A stretch of DNA of 64,000 nucleotides from Acidobacteriota bacterium (GTDB taxonomy: Bacteria > Acidobacteriota > Blastocatellia > Pyrinomonadales > Pyrinomonadaceae). Under the pieces are notes generated by a model. That model saw only the letters and a list, made by a program, of their open reading frames with translations, ran no database searches and was not told the origin of the DNA. The translations under genes were made by a program, and so were the position numbers. The DNA is taken from the NCBI GenBank assembly GCA_031425275.1, contig JANPJA010000057.1, forward strand, positions 1 to 64,000. The letters run 5' to 3'. Positions 1 to 11,481 of this stretch are shown in pieces. Numbering within the stretch: position 1 is the stretch's first letter; every line of letters starts with the position of its first letter.

Positions 1-207
1 CACGGGGAAGCAACACAACTCCCCGCACAGCCGCGGAGGCCGCTGAGGGGGCGCAGAGATGCGGCGTGTGCTTTTCGCGGCCCCCCCTCCGCGCCCTCCG
101 CGTCTCTGCGGTGAATCCGGCCGTTCGTGACGCTCAATTGAAAACAGCTCTAACCCATCCCCACTGTTTCGACTACAAAGCGTTTCGAGTTGTTATTGTA
201 AGGACGC

Positions 208-250
208 GCGGGCGTCGTGTTCATCTAACACGACGCCCGCACTTTTTTTG
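208..250 (+). terminator. Rho-independent terminator-like hairpin (14-bp GC stem gcgggcgtcgtgtt/aacacgacgcccgc followed by a T7 run)
   Basis: Perfect inverted repeat followed by TTTTTTT read directly in the sequence. It lies just beyond the 3-prime end of the convergent peptidase gene. Confidence 0.5.
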
Positions 251-251
251 G

Positions 252-2459
252 TCAGAGGTTCTGGACGATGAAGTCGGTCATCATCTGGCGCATGTGCCGG
301 ACGAGGGCCGGGTCGGTGACGCCGTGGCGCGACTTCGGGTAGAGCATGAGCTGGAAGGGCTTGCCCGCTTTCTGTAACTCGTAGGCGAACTGGATGGTGT
401 TCTGGACGTGGACGTTGTCGTCCATCAGCCCGTGAATGAGGAGGATTTTTCCGTGCAGGTCTTTCGCGTAATGGAGCGGCGAAGATTTCTTATAACCCTC
501 GGGATTATTCTGCGGCGTGAGCATGTACCGCTCCGTGTAGATCGAGTCGTAGTCGCGCCAGTCCGTAACGCTCCCGCCCGCGATGCCGAGCTTGAACGAC
601 TTGCTGTGCGTCAGCGCGTAGGAAGTCATGAACCCGCCGTAGCTCCACCCCCAGAGGCCGATCCGCTCGCCGTCGATGTAGGGCTGAGACTTGAGCCACG
701 CCACCCCGTCTTCCAGATCGCGCAGCTCCAACTCGCCAAAATTCTTATAGACCGGCGCGGTCGCGGCGTACCCCTGCCCGCTCGCCGTGCGGTTGTCGAG
801 AATCCAGATGACGTAGCCCTTCTGCGCGAGCATCTGGTGCCAGAGGTAGCCCGTGCCGCCCCAGCCGTTGCGCACCTGCGGCGCGTGCGGGCCGGAGTAG
901 GTGAAGGACATCACCGGGTACTTTTTTGAGGGGTCGAAGTTCGGCGGGCGGATGATCTGAGCGTCGAGGACGAACCCGTCCCGCGCCTTAACCTTGAGGA
1001 ACTCGGCCTTGCCCCACTTGTACTGCCCGACCACTTCGCGTCGGTTCTCATCGACGACCCGAACGAGCTTGCCCTCCGTGTCATAGAGCCGCACCTGAGT
1101 CGGCGTCTGCACGTCGTTCCAATTATCGACGAAGAGATCATGGGTCGGGCTAAAGACCGCGCGGTGCGTGCCGTCGGTTTCGGTCAGCCGCCGGAGCTTC
1201 GTCCCGTCCAGTTGCACGCGATAGACGTTCGCGGTGATGTGGCTGCGCTCCGTCCCGGCGAAGTAGATCGTCTTGCTCCGCTCGTCCACGCCTTCGAGCG
1301 AGCGCACCTCCCATTCGCCTTTGGTGATCTGACGGATGAGCCTTCCGTCGGCGGCGTAGTGATAGAGGTGACGCCAGCCGTCGCGCTCGCTCTGCCAGAC
1401 GAACGTGCCGTCGGCGAGCCAGTGGGGCGGGTCGATGACTTCGACCCACGCCTTGGCCGTCTCCTTGAAGAGCGTCGTGGTCTTGCCGTCGCGCGCGTCC
1501 GCGAGGTTCAGATCGAGCCACGTCTGCTCGCGGTTCTGCGCCTGATACATGACGCGCTTGCTGTCGGGCGTCCAGCCGACGCGGACGATCAGCAAATCTT
1601 CCGGCTTGTATTTGCCCTCCGTGTCGATCCAGCGCGTGTCGCCGCCCGCCGCATCCACGACGCCGAGTTTCACTATCGGGTTCGGGTCGCCCGCCTTCGG
1701 GTACGGCGTCACTTCCAGGGTCTGGTGAAGCGGGATGTGATCGACGACGGTGAACTCCGGCACGGCCGTTTCGTCGATGCGCAGGTAGGCGAGCATCGTC
1801 GAGTCGGGGCTCCACCAATAACCCTCGAAGTTGCCGCGCCCGTAAAGTTCTTCCTGATAGACCCAGTTGAGCCGGCCGTTCAAAATTTTGGGCTTGCCGT
1901 CAGTCGTCAGTGCGCGCTCTTTCTGCGTCCCCACGTCCACGACGTGCAAATTATTCGCGCGGATGAAGGCCACCATCTTGCCGTCGGGGCTGAACGACTC
2001 GCCGACCTCGTCGTCGGCGTTATTGGTCAGCCGCGTGGCGCGCGCGCCGTTGAACTCGTAGTAGAAGAGATCGTTGGCGTGGTTGAGCAGGGCGGCCGTC
2101 TGCGCCTCGTTCATCTGAAACGTGGTCGCGTTGGCCAGCCGCTTGGCGGCGTCGGCCGCGAAGCCGGGCAGGGCCGCGAGCGCGGCTTCCATCTTCGCCG
2201 CGTCGTGGAAGGGCGCGGACTCGCCCGTCCGCGCGTTCACTTTCAGCAGGCGCGCGCCGGGCTTGCCGGGCATGTTGGTGACGAGGTAGTGCTTGCCGTC
2301 GCGCAGCCAGCGCGGGTTGGCCGGCGTGCCCGCGAAATCGACGCGCACGTTTCTGTCGGGCGAGTAAATCTGATCGACGCTCAACTGCTTGTCCTGCGCG
2401 GAGGCGGGGATGGAGAGCAACAGAACGAAGATGGCGAAGAGAATTTGTTTGTGTCTCAC
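252..2459 (-). CDS. Secreted dipeptidyl-peptidase IV / S9B prolyl oligopeptidase family serine peptidase
   Basis: 735 aa. N-terminal signal peptide (LLLSIPASAQD), a beta-propeller-like N-terminal region and a C-terminal alpha/beta hydrolase with the GWSYGG nucleophile motif typical of DPP-IV. Confidence 0.88.
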   Translation of the reverse strand: MRHKQILFAIFVLLLSIPASAQDKQLSVDQIYSPDRNVRVDFAGTPANPRWLRDGKHYLVTNMPGKPGARLLKVNARTGESAPFHDAAKMEAALAALPGFAADAAKRLANATTFQMNEAQTAALLNHANDLFYYEFNGARATRLTNNADDEVGESFSPDGKMVAFIRANNLHVVDVGTQKERALTTDGKPKILNGRLNWVYQEELYGRGNFEGYWWSPDSTMLAYLRIDETAVPEFTVVDHIPLHQTLEVTPYPKAGDPNPIVKLGVVDAAGGDTRWIDTEGKYKPEDLLIVRVGWTPDSKRVMYQAQNREQTWLDLNLADARDGKTTTLFKETAKAWVEVIDPPHWLADGTFVWQSERDGWRHLYHYAADGRLIRQITKGEWEVRSLEGVDERSKTIYFAGTERSHITANVYRVQLDGTKLRRLTETDGTHRAVFSPTHDLFVDNWNDVQTPTQVRLYDTEGKLVRVVDENRREVVGQYKWGKAEFLKVKARDGFVLDAQIIRPPNFDPSKKYPVMSFTYSGPHAPQVRNGWGGTGYLWHQMLAQKGYVIWILDNRTASGQGYAATAPVYKNFGELELRDLEDGVAWLKSQPYIDGERIGLWGWSYGGFMTSYALTHSKSFKLGIAGGSVTDWRDYDSIYTERYMLTPQNNPEGYKKSSPLHYAKDLHGKILLIHGLMDDNVHVQNTIQFAYELQKAGKPFQLMLYPKSRHGVTDPALVRHMRQMMTDFIVQNL

Positions 2460-2628
2460 AGGTCGAAATGCTCCCGGTTAAAGCTCGGATAAAGTTACGG
2501 CGAAAGTTAAAGGCCCGGACGCGGGTCGGGGCCGCGGCGCGGGGCGCGTGACGTAAGGAGAGGGTGACGGGCCGCATCGCACGGCCGCCCGCCACCCTCC
2601 CGCAGACTCATCAAAGGACAAGCAGGCA

Positions 2629-4266
2629 TCAAACGCCGGGCATGGCCTTCTTGAGCGGTCGCAGCAAGAACAGCAGCACGATGGCCATCACGAAGGCCAT
2701 CCCGCCGAGGATGATGAAGAAGGACGACTGCTTCCAGTAAGTCCAATAGACGCCGATGGCCGTCAGCTTGTTGCCGATGGCCGTGGCGACGAACCACCCG
2801 CCCATCAGCAAGCCCCGCATCCTCACCGGCGCGACCTTCGAGACCAGCGACAGCCCCATCGGCGACAGCATCAGCTCGCCGAGCGAGATGACGGCGTAGG
2901 CGAGGATCAGCCAGAAGGGCGAGACGCGGAAGATGTAAGCCCCCTGCATGATCGCCGGCTCGTGGAGCGCGGCGTCGGGGCCGATGGCCGTGGCGAGAGC
3001 CGTCTTCAAATTCTGCTGCCCCGTCACCCCGTCCTCGCCCTTGGAAAACTTCTTGTCGAGGACAACATTCTTGCCCTTCGCGTCCTTCGCCGACTTCAGC
3101 CGCTCGATCACATCGGCCGGGACGCCCTGCGCCGCCATGGTATCGAGCGAGCGTTCCGTGACGCGGAAACTCCCCGCGCCCAACTGATCGGGAGTCGGCG
3201 TTTGTGCCTCGCCCGACTTCGCGGCGAAGTAGAGGATGAAGAACGACAGCGCGGTGAGGAACATCCCCATCGCCATCTTGGTCGGGGTCGCCGGCTCCTG
3301 CCCGCGGCTGTCGAGCCACTTCCAGAACCAGACGAGCGGGAAGGTCAGCGCGATGATCCAGAACGGGTTGATCGCGTTCGAGATGGTGCCGGTCACGTCC
3401 CACGCCGTGTTGTCGTCGGCCCAGTAGGTGAGCGTCGAGCCGTTCTGGTGGAAGACCATCCAGAAGACGATGACGATGGCGAAGATGACGAGCAGCGCGA
3501 CCACGCGTTTCCAGTCGGGCACGCTGTCGACGAGGTTGACTCTGCCCTTCTGCTGGCTCGCCTCGCTCGGCGGCGCGTCCACGGTCACGGCCGCGGCGTC
3601 ACCCAACTGCTTGCTCTTGAGCACTTCCTGCGCCCGCTCGTCCGCCTGCTTCACGTCGGCCTTGAACCGCCAGAGGATGGACACCGAGATGAGCATCCCG
3701 CCCGCCGCCACCGCGAAAGCCGGGTGCACGCCGAACTTCTGCTTGACGAACTCGGCCACCAGCGGCGCGATGAACGCGCCGATGTTAATGCCCATGTAAA
3801 AGATGTTGTAGGCCCGATCCTTGAGGCGACTCCCCTCCGGGTACAAATTACCGACCATCGTCGAGACGTTCGGCTTGAAGAAGCCGTTGCCGATGACGAG
3901 GCAGGTCAGTGCGGCATAGACGGCCGTGACCGACGGGAAGGCGAGCAGCAGGTGGCCGACCATGAAGAAGAAGCCGCCGATCATCACCGAGCGGCGGTAG
4001 CCCAACCCCCGATCCGCGATGAACCCGCCGACGAGCGGACTCAAATAGACGAAAGCCAGATACCACGAATAGACGGTCGTCGCCTTCTCCGCAGTCCAAC
4101 CGAAGCCGTCGGTCGGGTCTTGCAGGTACAGCGTGAAGAGCGCCAGCATCGAGTAGAAGCTGAAGCGCTCCCACATCTCGGTGGCGAAAAGCACGTAAAG
4201 CCCCTTCGGGTGCTTGTCGAGGTCGTGCGCGACGCCGCCTTGTCTGATTGCATCGGCCGTGGCCAT
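2629..4266 (-). CDS. Proton-dependent oligopeptide transporter (POT/PTR2 family di-/tripeptide permease)
   Basis: The PTR2 signature FATEMWERFSFYSM is present with multiple TM helices. Start chosen at the ATG at 4266, preceded by AAGGAG 9 nt upstream. The track ORF extends to 4344. Confidence 0.88.
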   Translation of the reverse strand: MATADAIRQGGVAHDLDKHPKGLYVLFATEMWERFSFYSMLALFTLYLQDPTDGFGWTAEKATTVYSWYLAFVYLSPLVGGFIADRGLGYRRSVMIGGFFFMVGHLLLAFPSVTAVYAALTCLVIGNGFFKPNVSTMVGNLYPEGSRLKDRAYNIFYMGINIGAFIAPLVAEFVKQKFGVHPAFAVAAGGMLISVSILWRFKADVKQADERAQEVLKSKQLGDAAAVTVDAPPSEASQQKGRVNLVDSVPDWKRVVALLVIFAIVIVFWMVFHQNGSTLTYWADDNTAWDVTGTISNAINPFWIIALTFPLVWFWKWLDSRGQEPATPTKMAMGMFLTALSFFILYFAAKSGEAQTPTPDQLGAGSFRVTERSLDTMAAQGVPADVIERLKSAKDAKGKNVVLDKKFSKGEDGVTGQQNLKTALATAIGPDAALHEPAIMQGAYIFRVSPFWLILAYAVISLGELMLSPMGLSLVSKVAPVRMRGLLMGGWFVATAIGNKLTAIGVYWTYWKQSSFFIILGGMAFVMAIVLLFLLRPLKKAMPGV

Positions 4267-4441
4267 AGCTCTCACTCCTTTATCCAATTTGAGTCTGAAC
4301 TGCTTAGGGGGAGTTGCCTGCTGTGTTGCTTGGCATTCAGCCAAAAGTCGGCCGTTCTGTCAAGGGCAACTTTACTTACTCGCTCCGGCCGCAACGGCCG
4401 GAAGTCTCCGGCACGTCCACCGCAAACGTGTCGGCCTATCT

Positions 4442-4540
4442 TGAGAGGGCGACTCTGCCCCTCTCATTCTCTCAACCACTAACCCCGTAACGGAATCTCA
4501 CATCACCAAACGAATCCTGATCGCCGCCGCCCGCCTCAAT
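4442..4540 (+). repeat. Degenerate direct duplicate of the promoter-proximal/5-prime region of the gene starting at 4822 (RBS and ATG lost)
   Basis: About 100 bp at 4442-4540 aligns with 4764-4860 (shared ctctcattctctcaaccac..aaccc.gtaa..gga...cctgatcgc). The first copy has aacgga/atc where the second has aaggag/atg. Confidence 0.45.
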
Positions 4541-4821
4541 CGCCGCCCGTGTCTTCCCGCAATAGCCCGCCTCGGCATCGCGGTCGGTCTCAGGGGCGGC
4601 CGGTAACGGAAGGAAATGATCGGACATAAACAACTGTAGCCCGCAAAAAGGCCCGCCGCCCAGACATACAGCGTAATTTCTAATTCCAGGGAAAACGGGC
4701 CTTTTCGAACATTTCCGGGCGTCCCCCAAAAGCGTTCCAATTTCCTCCGCGTTGGACTATTCTGAGAGGGCATCGTGCTTCTCTCATTCTCTCAACCACC
4801 AACCCTGTAAAGGAGTTTCCC

Positions 4822-5352
4822 ATGACGAAAAGAAACCTGATCGCGGTCGCGCTGTTGTGCGTAGTCGCGCTCGTGGGCTTCGGTCTGCTGCGCACGTCGG
4901 CGACGAGCGCCGGTTTGCAGAAACCTCAGCACGCCGAAGGCGGCCCCGTCATCGCTTTAGACAAGTTACCCGGCGTCGAGATTGTGTCGCGCGAGTACGT
5001 TCCCGACCCGGAGAAATACGGCCACGGCACCCTCAGAATCAGAATCAAGGATACGACGGGCCGGAAGGTCAAGGCGTGGACTTTGACTACGAACACGGGC
5101 AGCAGCAATCGCTCTGTCACCACCTACCCCCGCGACGGTACGAGTGACTACGCCTTCTACACTGAAATCGGGGTGCAGGAAGACGCAACCACCTCACTCG
5201 CCATCGCCTACGAAGACGGGGGCGTCGTTGGTAAGAGTAAAGCGGCTGTCAGGGCGCTAAGGGACAGTCTCAAAAAGGTAGAGGCCAGCGACGCCAAGAT
5301 GGACAAAGAGCGGGCCAAAATCCAAAAGGAGGAAGTAAAGCGGCAGCAATAG
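4822..5352 (+). CDS. Hypothetical secreted/membrane-anchored protein
   Basis: 176 aa. AAGGAG RBS 7 nt upstream, N-terminal signal/TM segment LIAVALLCVVALVGFGLL and a Lys/Glu-rich C-terminus. No recognisable domain. Confidence 0.6.
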   Translation: MTKRNLIAVALLCVVALVGFGLLRTSATSAGLQKPQHAEGGPVIALDKLPGVEIVSREYVPDPEKYGHGTLRIRIKDTTGRKVKAWTLTTNTGSSNRSVTTYPRDGTSDYAFYTEIGVQEDATTSLAIAYEDGGVVGKSKAAVRALRDSLKKVEASDAKMDKERAKIQKEEVKRQQ

Positions 5353-5387
5353 ACTCACGGCCTTTGCTAACCGTATCACGACACTAA

Positions 5388-6608
5388 ATGAGAAAAGCAC
5401 CAGTCAGAATTGCAATCACCCTTGCGGCGTTGTTCCTCATCGCGCCGCTCGCCATCGTCACCATCTTCGTCGACGAGGCGGCTGCCGAGAGTTGCCCGAC
5501 GTGCGCCTTTTCAGCTACGCCCTACACCTTCCCGACCGCCCACGTCACCGCAACACCCACGTCGAACACTTTCAAGTGGGAAGAAAGGTGGTTGTTCTCT
5601 TACAGCAACGGTGGTGGTCATCCGGCCTATGGCCCGTACACGCAAGTTGTGTGGGCTATGGGCGACCGTATCTACAGCAATGCCCAACCGGATGCAGGCG
5701 ACTGCTATCCCATCTTTCCGGCGGCGTCGGTAGTCGTTTCGCAGACCTTGTCAACTTCTAATCAGTACACTCTCAAGTGGAATAAGATTGTCTACGACTC
5801 CTCTCGCTCCCTTCCCCTTCTCAACTGCAACCTGACGACTCCGGCGAGCGGCACGGTAGCGCGCGACTGGTCTATGGAACACTTCTGCGCTCCTTGCACC
5901 TACGGGGACGAGACGACGGAGGAGGGGTGCACGACGGCCGGGTGGTACTGGAACTACACCGGCTCAAACTGCCAACAAGACCCTTGGTACTGTGAAAACG
6001 AGCCTGATTGCGAGGTCGGGTGGAATTGGAATTTCCAGACCTGTAGTTGCTTCTACTCCGCCTCGCCCGTCCTGATCGACACGTCAGGGAACGGCTTCAA
6101 CCTTACGTCGGGGCCACTCGGCGTGGACTTCGACCTCGACGGCGACGGTGTGCGGCAGCGCCTCGCGTGGACGGCCGCCGACTCCGACGACGCATGGCTC
6201 GCCTTAGACCGCGACGGCAACGGCCTGATCACGACGGGCGCGGAATTGTTCGGTAACTTCACCGAGCAGCCCGACCCGCCTCCCGGCGAAGAGAAACAGG
6301 GCTTCCTCGCCCTCGCCCAGTACGACAAGCCTGCCGGCGGGGGCAACGGCGATGGGATGATCAGCAATTTGGATGCGATCTTCTCGAGCCTCCGGCTCTG
6401 GCGGGACGCCAACCACGACGGCTTCTCGCAAGCCTCGGAACTCAAGACGCTGAACGGGCTCGGCCTCAAGTCCATTGACCTCGACCATCGCGAGTCGAAG
6501 CGCACGGACGAGCACGGCAACCAGTTCAAGTACCGCGCGATGGTGCGCGACAAGAACGACGCGCGGCTCGGCCGCTGGGCGTGGGATGTGTTCCTCGTCG
6601 CACCGTAG
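5388..6608 (+). CDS. Secreted Cys-rich hypothetical protein with C-terminal EF-hand/dockerin-like calcium-binding loops
   Basis: 406 aa with a signal peptide and many Cys in the N-terminal half. The C-terminal half carries repeated DxDxDG-type loops (DRDGNGLITTGAEL, GNGDGMISNLDAIF, DANHDGFSQASEL). It is followed by a terminator. Confidence 0.65.
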   Translation: MRKAPVRIAITLAALFLIAPLAIVTIFVDEAAAESCPTCAFSATPYTFPTAHVTATPTSNTFKWEERWLFSYSNGGGHPAYGPYTQVVWAMGDRIYSNAQPDAGDCYPIFPAASVVVSQTLSTSNQYTLKWNKIVYDSSRSLPLLNCNLTTPASGTVARDWSMEHFCAPCTYGDETTEEGCTTAGWYWNYTGSNCQQDPWYCENEPDCEVGWNWNFQTCSCFYSASPVLIDTSGNGFNLTSGPLGVDFDLDGDGVRQRLAWTAADSDDAWLALDRDGNGLITTGAELFGNFTEQPDPPPGEEKQGFLALAQYDKPAGGGNGDGMISNLDAIFSSLRLWRDANHDGFSQASELKTLNGLGLKSIDLDHRESKRTDEHGNQFKYRAMVRDKNDARLGRWAWDVFLVAP

Positions 6609-6625
6609 TCTTAGGCGCGGAAGCG

Positions 6626-6667
6626 GAAAAAGGGGGCGCGGCTCGCAGGCTGCGCCCCCTTATTTGC
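6626..6667 (+). terminator. Rho-independent terminator
   Basis: aaaaagggggcgcg...cgcgccccc stem followed by ttatttg, 18 nt after the stop codon of the 5388..6608 CDS. Confidence 0.6.
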
Positions 6668-6712
6668 TTCCGCGCCTCCGCCGGGTAGTTTGATACCGGC
6701 GCGCGACCCGGC

Positions 6713-6742
6713 TTGACACGCGCTACGGCCGGGGCGTATAAG
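6713..6742 (+). promoter_or_regulatory. Sigma70-like promoter TTGACA-N18-TATAAG
   Basis: Consensus -35 and near-consensus -10 hexamers read directly. It lies about 255 nt upstream of the homocysteine methyltransferase/MTHFR fusion gene. Confidence 0.45.
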
Positions 6743-6851
6743 CCACTTTCGACAAACGTGGTGAGTTAAGGCGACTTGCGGCCACGTAAAATAAACAGCT
6801 AAACAGCTCGGCGCTTCCGCCCCCGCACGAAACTTCCGTCCCCGCAGAAGT

Positions 6852-6883
6852 CCCGCGTTGTTTAGACGCGGGATTTTGTTTTG
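6852..6883 (+). promoter_or_regulatory. Leader hairpin followed by a U-run (attenuator/terminator-like) in the 5-prime UTR of the met gene fusion
   Basis: cccgcgttgtttagacgcggg stem followed by attttgttttg. It sits between the putative promoter and the start codon, as expected for riboswitch or attenuation control of a methionine-cycle gene. No SAM riboswitch consensus was recognised by eye. Confidence 0.35.
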
Positions 6884-6992
6884 TCAGTGGTCAGTTGTCC
6901 GTCGTTCGTGCCGCACGAACGAGTCGCACAAGATCAGCGCGGCAACTTTACCGGCCACAAACAACCGACCACGGACAACTGACCACGGACAG
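6884..6992. repeat. Heptamer-repeat hairpin element, CAGTTGT/CCGTGGT family
   Basis: Inverted arms cagtggtcagttgtccgtcgttcgtg and cacaaacaaccgaccacggacaactgaccacggacag. It ends with gacagcttttATG, directly abutting the start codon at 6998. Confidence 0.8.
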
Positions 6993-6997
6993 CTTTT

Positions 6998-8911
<1,914 letters not shown>

Positions 8912-9007
8912 CTCGCGCCCCGACCGAAACTGGATCATTGGAATTTAGGGGAGACGTATAATGGACTAAAGTCTTGAGCGGGCTTCGGACGTGTGTTAGC
9001 GGCGGCG

Positions 9008-9802
9008 TTATTTATTTTGCCGAGACATGACGATCACCGCTCGGTTATCGCCCCCCGCGATGGTTTTGGATCGCACGCTCAGGGTATAGTTCATAATCTG
9101 CGTGATCCACGCCGTGGTGGGGACGTTGATGCGAACTATCAGGCGCTGTTGCCCGCCGCCGGCCATGAGCCAGTCCGTTTGAGAGATCGCTGACTCCTTG
9201 TCCTGATGTATTCCATCGCCGTTGGTGTCGTCGTAGGTAATGGCAGAGGCCCCGGCCGGTGCATCAACGCGCAATTCAAAGACCCCCGGTTTTTTACAAT
9301 TGTTTTGAACGATTACCCTCACGTAGGCCGTTTCACCCGGCTCCACCTTGATGGGCGTCTTCACCGCGAGTACCGAGAGACACTTGCCGCGCGCACGTTT
9401 GCTCTTCCGAACCGGCTCGTTACTGCTCACCGAACTCTCGTGAATGACGATTGTCTCAACGTCACCTTCCTTCTTTATTTTCACAAATCTTGCGGGAAAC
9501 TGATATGCACTCCCCACACAAGCGTTCACCGTGTAAATATCGGGAGACAAGTTCTCAAACGCAAATGCTGCTCTTCTAGCTGTGAGCTTTTTCTGATTCC
9601 TGGTGCGTTGGTTTGTCAACACGACGACGCAGGGAAAGTACACAGTTCCATCTAATGTCTTGAGCTGCCCGCGGATCGCGCTGCCGCGTTGCGGCGGATG
9701 AGCGAGGAATGTAGCTCCCGCTTGCGCGTTGTATGATTGCAATAATACGGCGGTGAGCAAATAGATCAGGCTGTAATGGACGCGGCGCGAAATTGGGAGC
9801 AT
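9008..9802 (-). CDS. Hypothetical secreted beta-rich protein (island gene C)
   Basis: 264 aa with a signal peptide and no confident domain (a DUF11/CARDB-like stretch PGETAYVRVIVQN is possible). It lies in a roughly 50% GC region, far below the window average. The gene is separated by 4 nt from the upstream gene (stop 9807, start 9802). Confidence 0.6.
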   Translation of the reverse strand: MLPISRRVHYSLIYLLTAVLLQSYNAQAGATFLAHPPQRGSAIRGQLKTLDGTVYFPCVVVLTNQRTRNQKKLTARRAAFAFENLSPDIYTVNACVGSAYQFPARFVKIKKEGDVETIVIHESSVSSNEPVRKSKRARGKCLSVLAVKTPIKVEPGETAYVRVIVQNNCKKPGVFELRVDAPAGASAITYDDTNGDGIHQDKESAISQTDWLMAGGGQQRLIVRINVPTTAWITQIMNYTLSVRSKTIAGGDNRAVIVMSRQNK

Positions 9803-9806
9803 GTGC

Positions 9807-11054
9807 TTAACTCCTGACGATTTGCTGCTTAGACTTTTCGATCACATCGATAGTCGTTGCGATGGCTTCGCTCAGTTTTCCGAGCGCATATTTTAAGTCG
9901 GCCTCTTTTTCGTCGTTCACTTCCTTCAACACTTGCGCTCGGAGGCGCTGTAGCCCACTCAGAGTCTCGTCACGACCTGCGAAGCCCTTGTCCCACTCAT
10001 TCCCTAAGCTAACCACCGCCTGCCTTCGCGCCTCTCCGCAGCTACCCGTCGCAGCGATTTGCAGCAGAAATGCCCTCGTGTCGGCGTCGGGGGAGAGGCC
10101 GAGGAAGTGCGCCGCTTTCTGCATCGCTTTGACCCGCGTGTCGCGGCAGTAAGTCTGAGGCGCGAAGTGCTTTATCAGGTAACCTACTACGACCTGCCTC
10201 CTATTATCGTCATTAAGATCAGGCTCCAATCGGATAAGGCACACCAGCGCCCCTTCTTGTAGGCGCGCGTCTTTCGATTGCATGTATTTAATTAAGTCAT
10301 CGAACAGCTTCTGCCGCATCCCTGCCTTCTTGGAATCAACATCCTCCAAATGGAATAAGTGGTAGACCACTTCGGCCATGTTTTCGTGCAGGTTATCAAG
10401 TTCGATGCTGAGGGCTTGTCCGATGACCGGTAGTGTCTTATCGCCATGTTCGGCCAACGCCATCAACGCGCCACTCTTTTTCCTGATGTCTCCGTCCAGA
10501 ATCTCGCGGAAGATGTCAGCCCGCAATTTACTCAGATCATCCTCATATTGCCGGGCTTGAGTATTCGCTTGGAGTTGCGAGGCTTCGGCTTGAGTTTTTG
10601 AGGCGTCGGCGAGCACCTTCTGGATGTTTCCTTGTTTCCAAATGACGAAGGCTGTTAAAGCCGCCGCGATGGACGTGAACAGCACCGGAATGAAGTTGAG
10701 GAAACGAACTTTTTTCGTCTCGTCCAGCCTAATATTTAATGGCCTGTCTCCGAGTGTTATCGCAACCGGTAGATTTTCGGCGGGGGGGTTGAGGGTCAGT
10801 CTGAGTGGGGGAATACTCAAATTCTCAGGGAGACTTAAAACGAATTTATCCGGCATCGGGGCCGTCTGAGTGAAGTTTTCCGGTAGCCCAATGGAGATTT
10901 TGTCTTGTATTACGAGCCGCAGGGGTGGGTGGCTCTCATTCATGACTCCGAGGGAGGAGTGAATGTAATCTATATCGGGGAAGCTGTCCCTCTTTGTTTG
11001 GTCAGTCGAAGGTTGCTGCCCGTCATGGCCAGCCCCGAATTCGTCAGTGGTCAT
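9807..11054 (-). CDS. Hypothetical single-pass membrane protein with a LPEN-repeat N-terminal region and a HEAT-like helical C-terminal domain (island gene B)
   Basis: 415 aa with one TM helix (FLNFIPVLFTSIAAALTAFVIW). The helical repeat segments (GALMALAEHGDKTLPVIGQAL, RLQEGALVCLIRL) are HEAT/PBS-lyase-like. It is a low-GC gene. Confidence 0.6.
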   Translation of the reverse strand: MTTDEFGAGHDGQQPSTDQTKRDSFPDIDYIHSSLGVMNESHPPLRLVIQDKISIGLPENFTQTAPMPDKFVLSLPENLSIPPLRLTLNPPAENLPVAITLGDRPLNIRLDETKKVRFLNFIPVLFTSIAAALTAFVIWKQGNIQKVLADASKTQAEASQLQANTQARQYEDDLSKLRADIFREILDGDIRKKSGALMALAEHGDKTLPVIGQALSIELDNLHENMAEVVYHLFHLEDVDSKKAGMRQKLFDDLIKYMQSKDARLQEGALVCLIRLEPDLNDDNRRQVVVGYLIKHFAPQTYCRDTRVKAMQKAAHFLGLSPDADTRAFLLQIAATGSCGEARRQAVVSLGNEWDKGFAGRDETLSGLQRLRAQVLKEVNDEKEADLKYALGKLSEAIATTIDVIEKSKQQIVRS

Positions 11055-11305
11055 TCGGGAGGTATCCTTTGTGAGATGAGGTGGAAGAACCTTTGCCGCG
11101 TTCTGGTAGAGTAAAAGGCGTTTCGTAAGGTGGCGATTTTAGATGGCAGCAGACACGGCGAGGGATTTTCTAACTGCGGCCGTCCAGTGAAGTAACCAAT
11201 CTGAGCCGTAACTAATTACTCCCGTAATTAAGTGTTGTCAAGAAAGTTATTCGATTTGCAAGAATTTGCTCCGCTTCGCAGCTAGAACCTGCGGATAATT
11301 TTTCT

Positions 11306-11334
11306 TGCCTTTCTCGCCACCCGCTGTAGAATGG
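11306..11334 (+). promoter_or_regulatory. Candidate promoter TTGCCT-N16-TAGAAT for island gene A
   Basis: The hexamers sit in an AT-rich divergent intergenic region. A long GC-rich leader of about 145 nt follows before the ATG at 11482. Confidence 0.3.
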
Positions 11335-11481
11335 CGCGCGCCGGCGTCCTCAACTCCGCTCGCCGGCACTATTCAAGCGGACACTGTGCGGGTACTCACG
11401 CGCGGGCGACTCGGCCCCGTCGCCTCTCACCACCCGGCTCTCAACTCGCCACCACGGGTTGGCGGAAAGCTGCTTCGCACC

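Noticed and set aside
66-377. 103-aa + strand ORF at the window start
   Set aside because: It overlaps the 3-prime end of the well-supported peptidase gene on the opposite strand and has Arg/Ala-rich low-complexity translation typical of GC-rich antisense frames. The region upstream of it is a CTCTGCG-family repeat plus a terminator.
11305-11481. Longer TTG-initiated start for island gene A (354-aa version)
   Set aside because: The extra 59 codons are GC-rich (unlike the rest of the gene) and encode a Pro/Ala/Arg-rich stretch. A first in-frame ATG follows at 11482. The segment was treated as a 5-prime leader.
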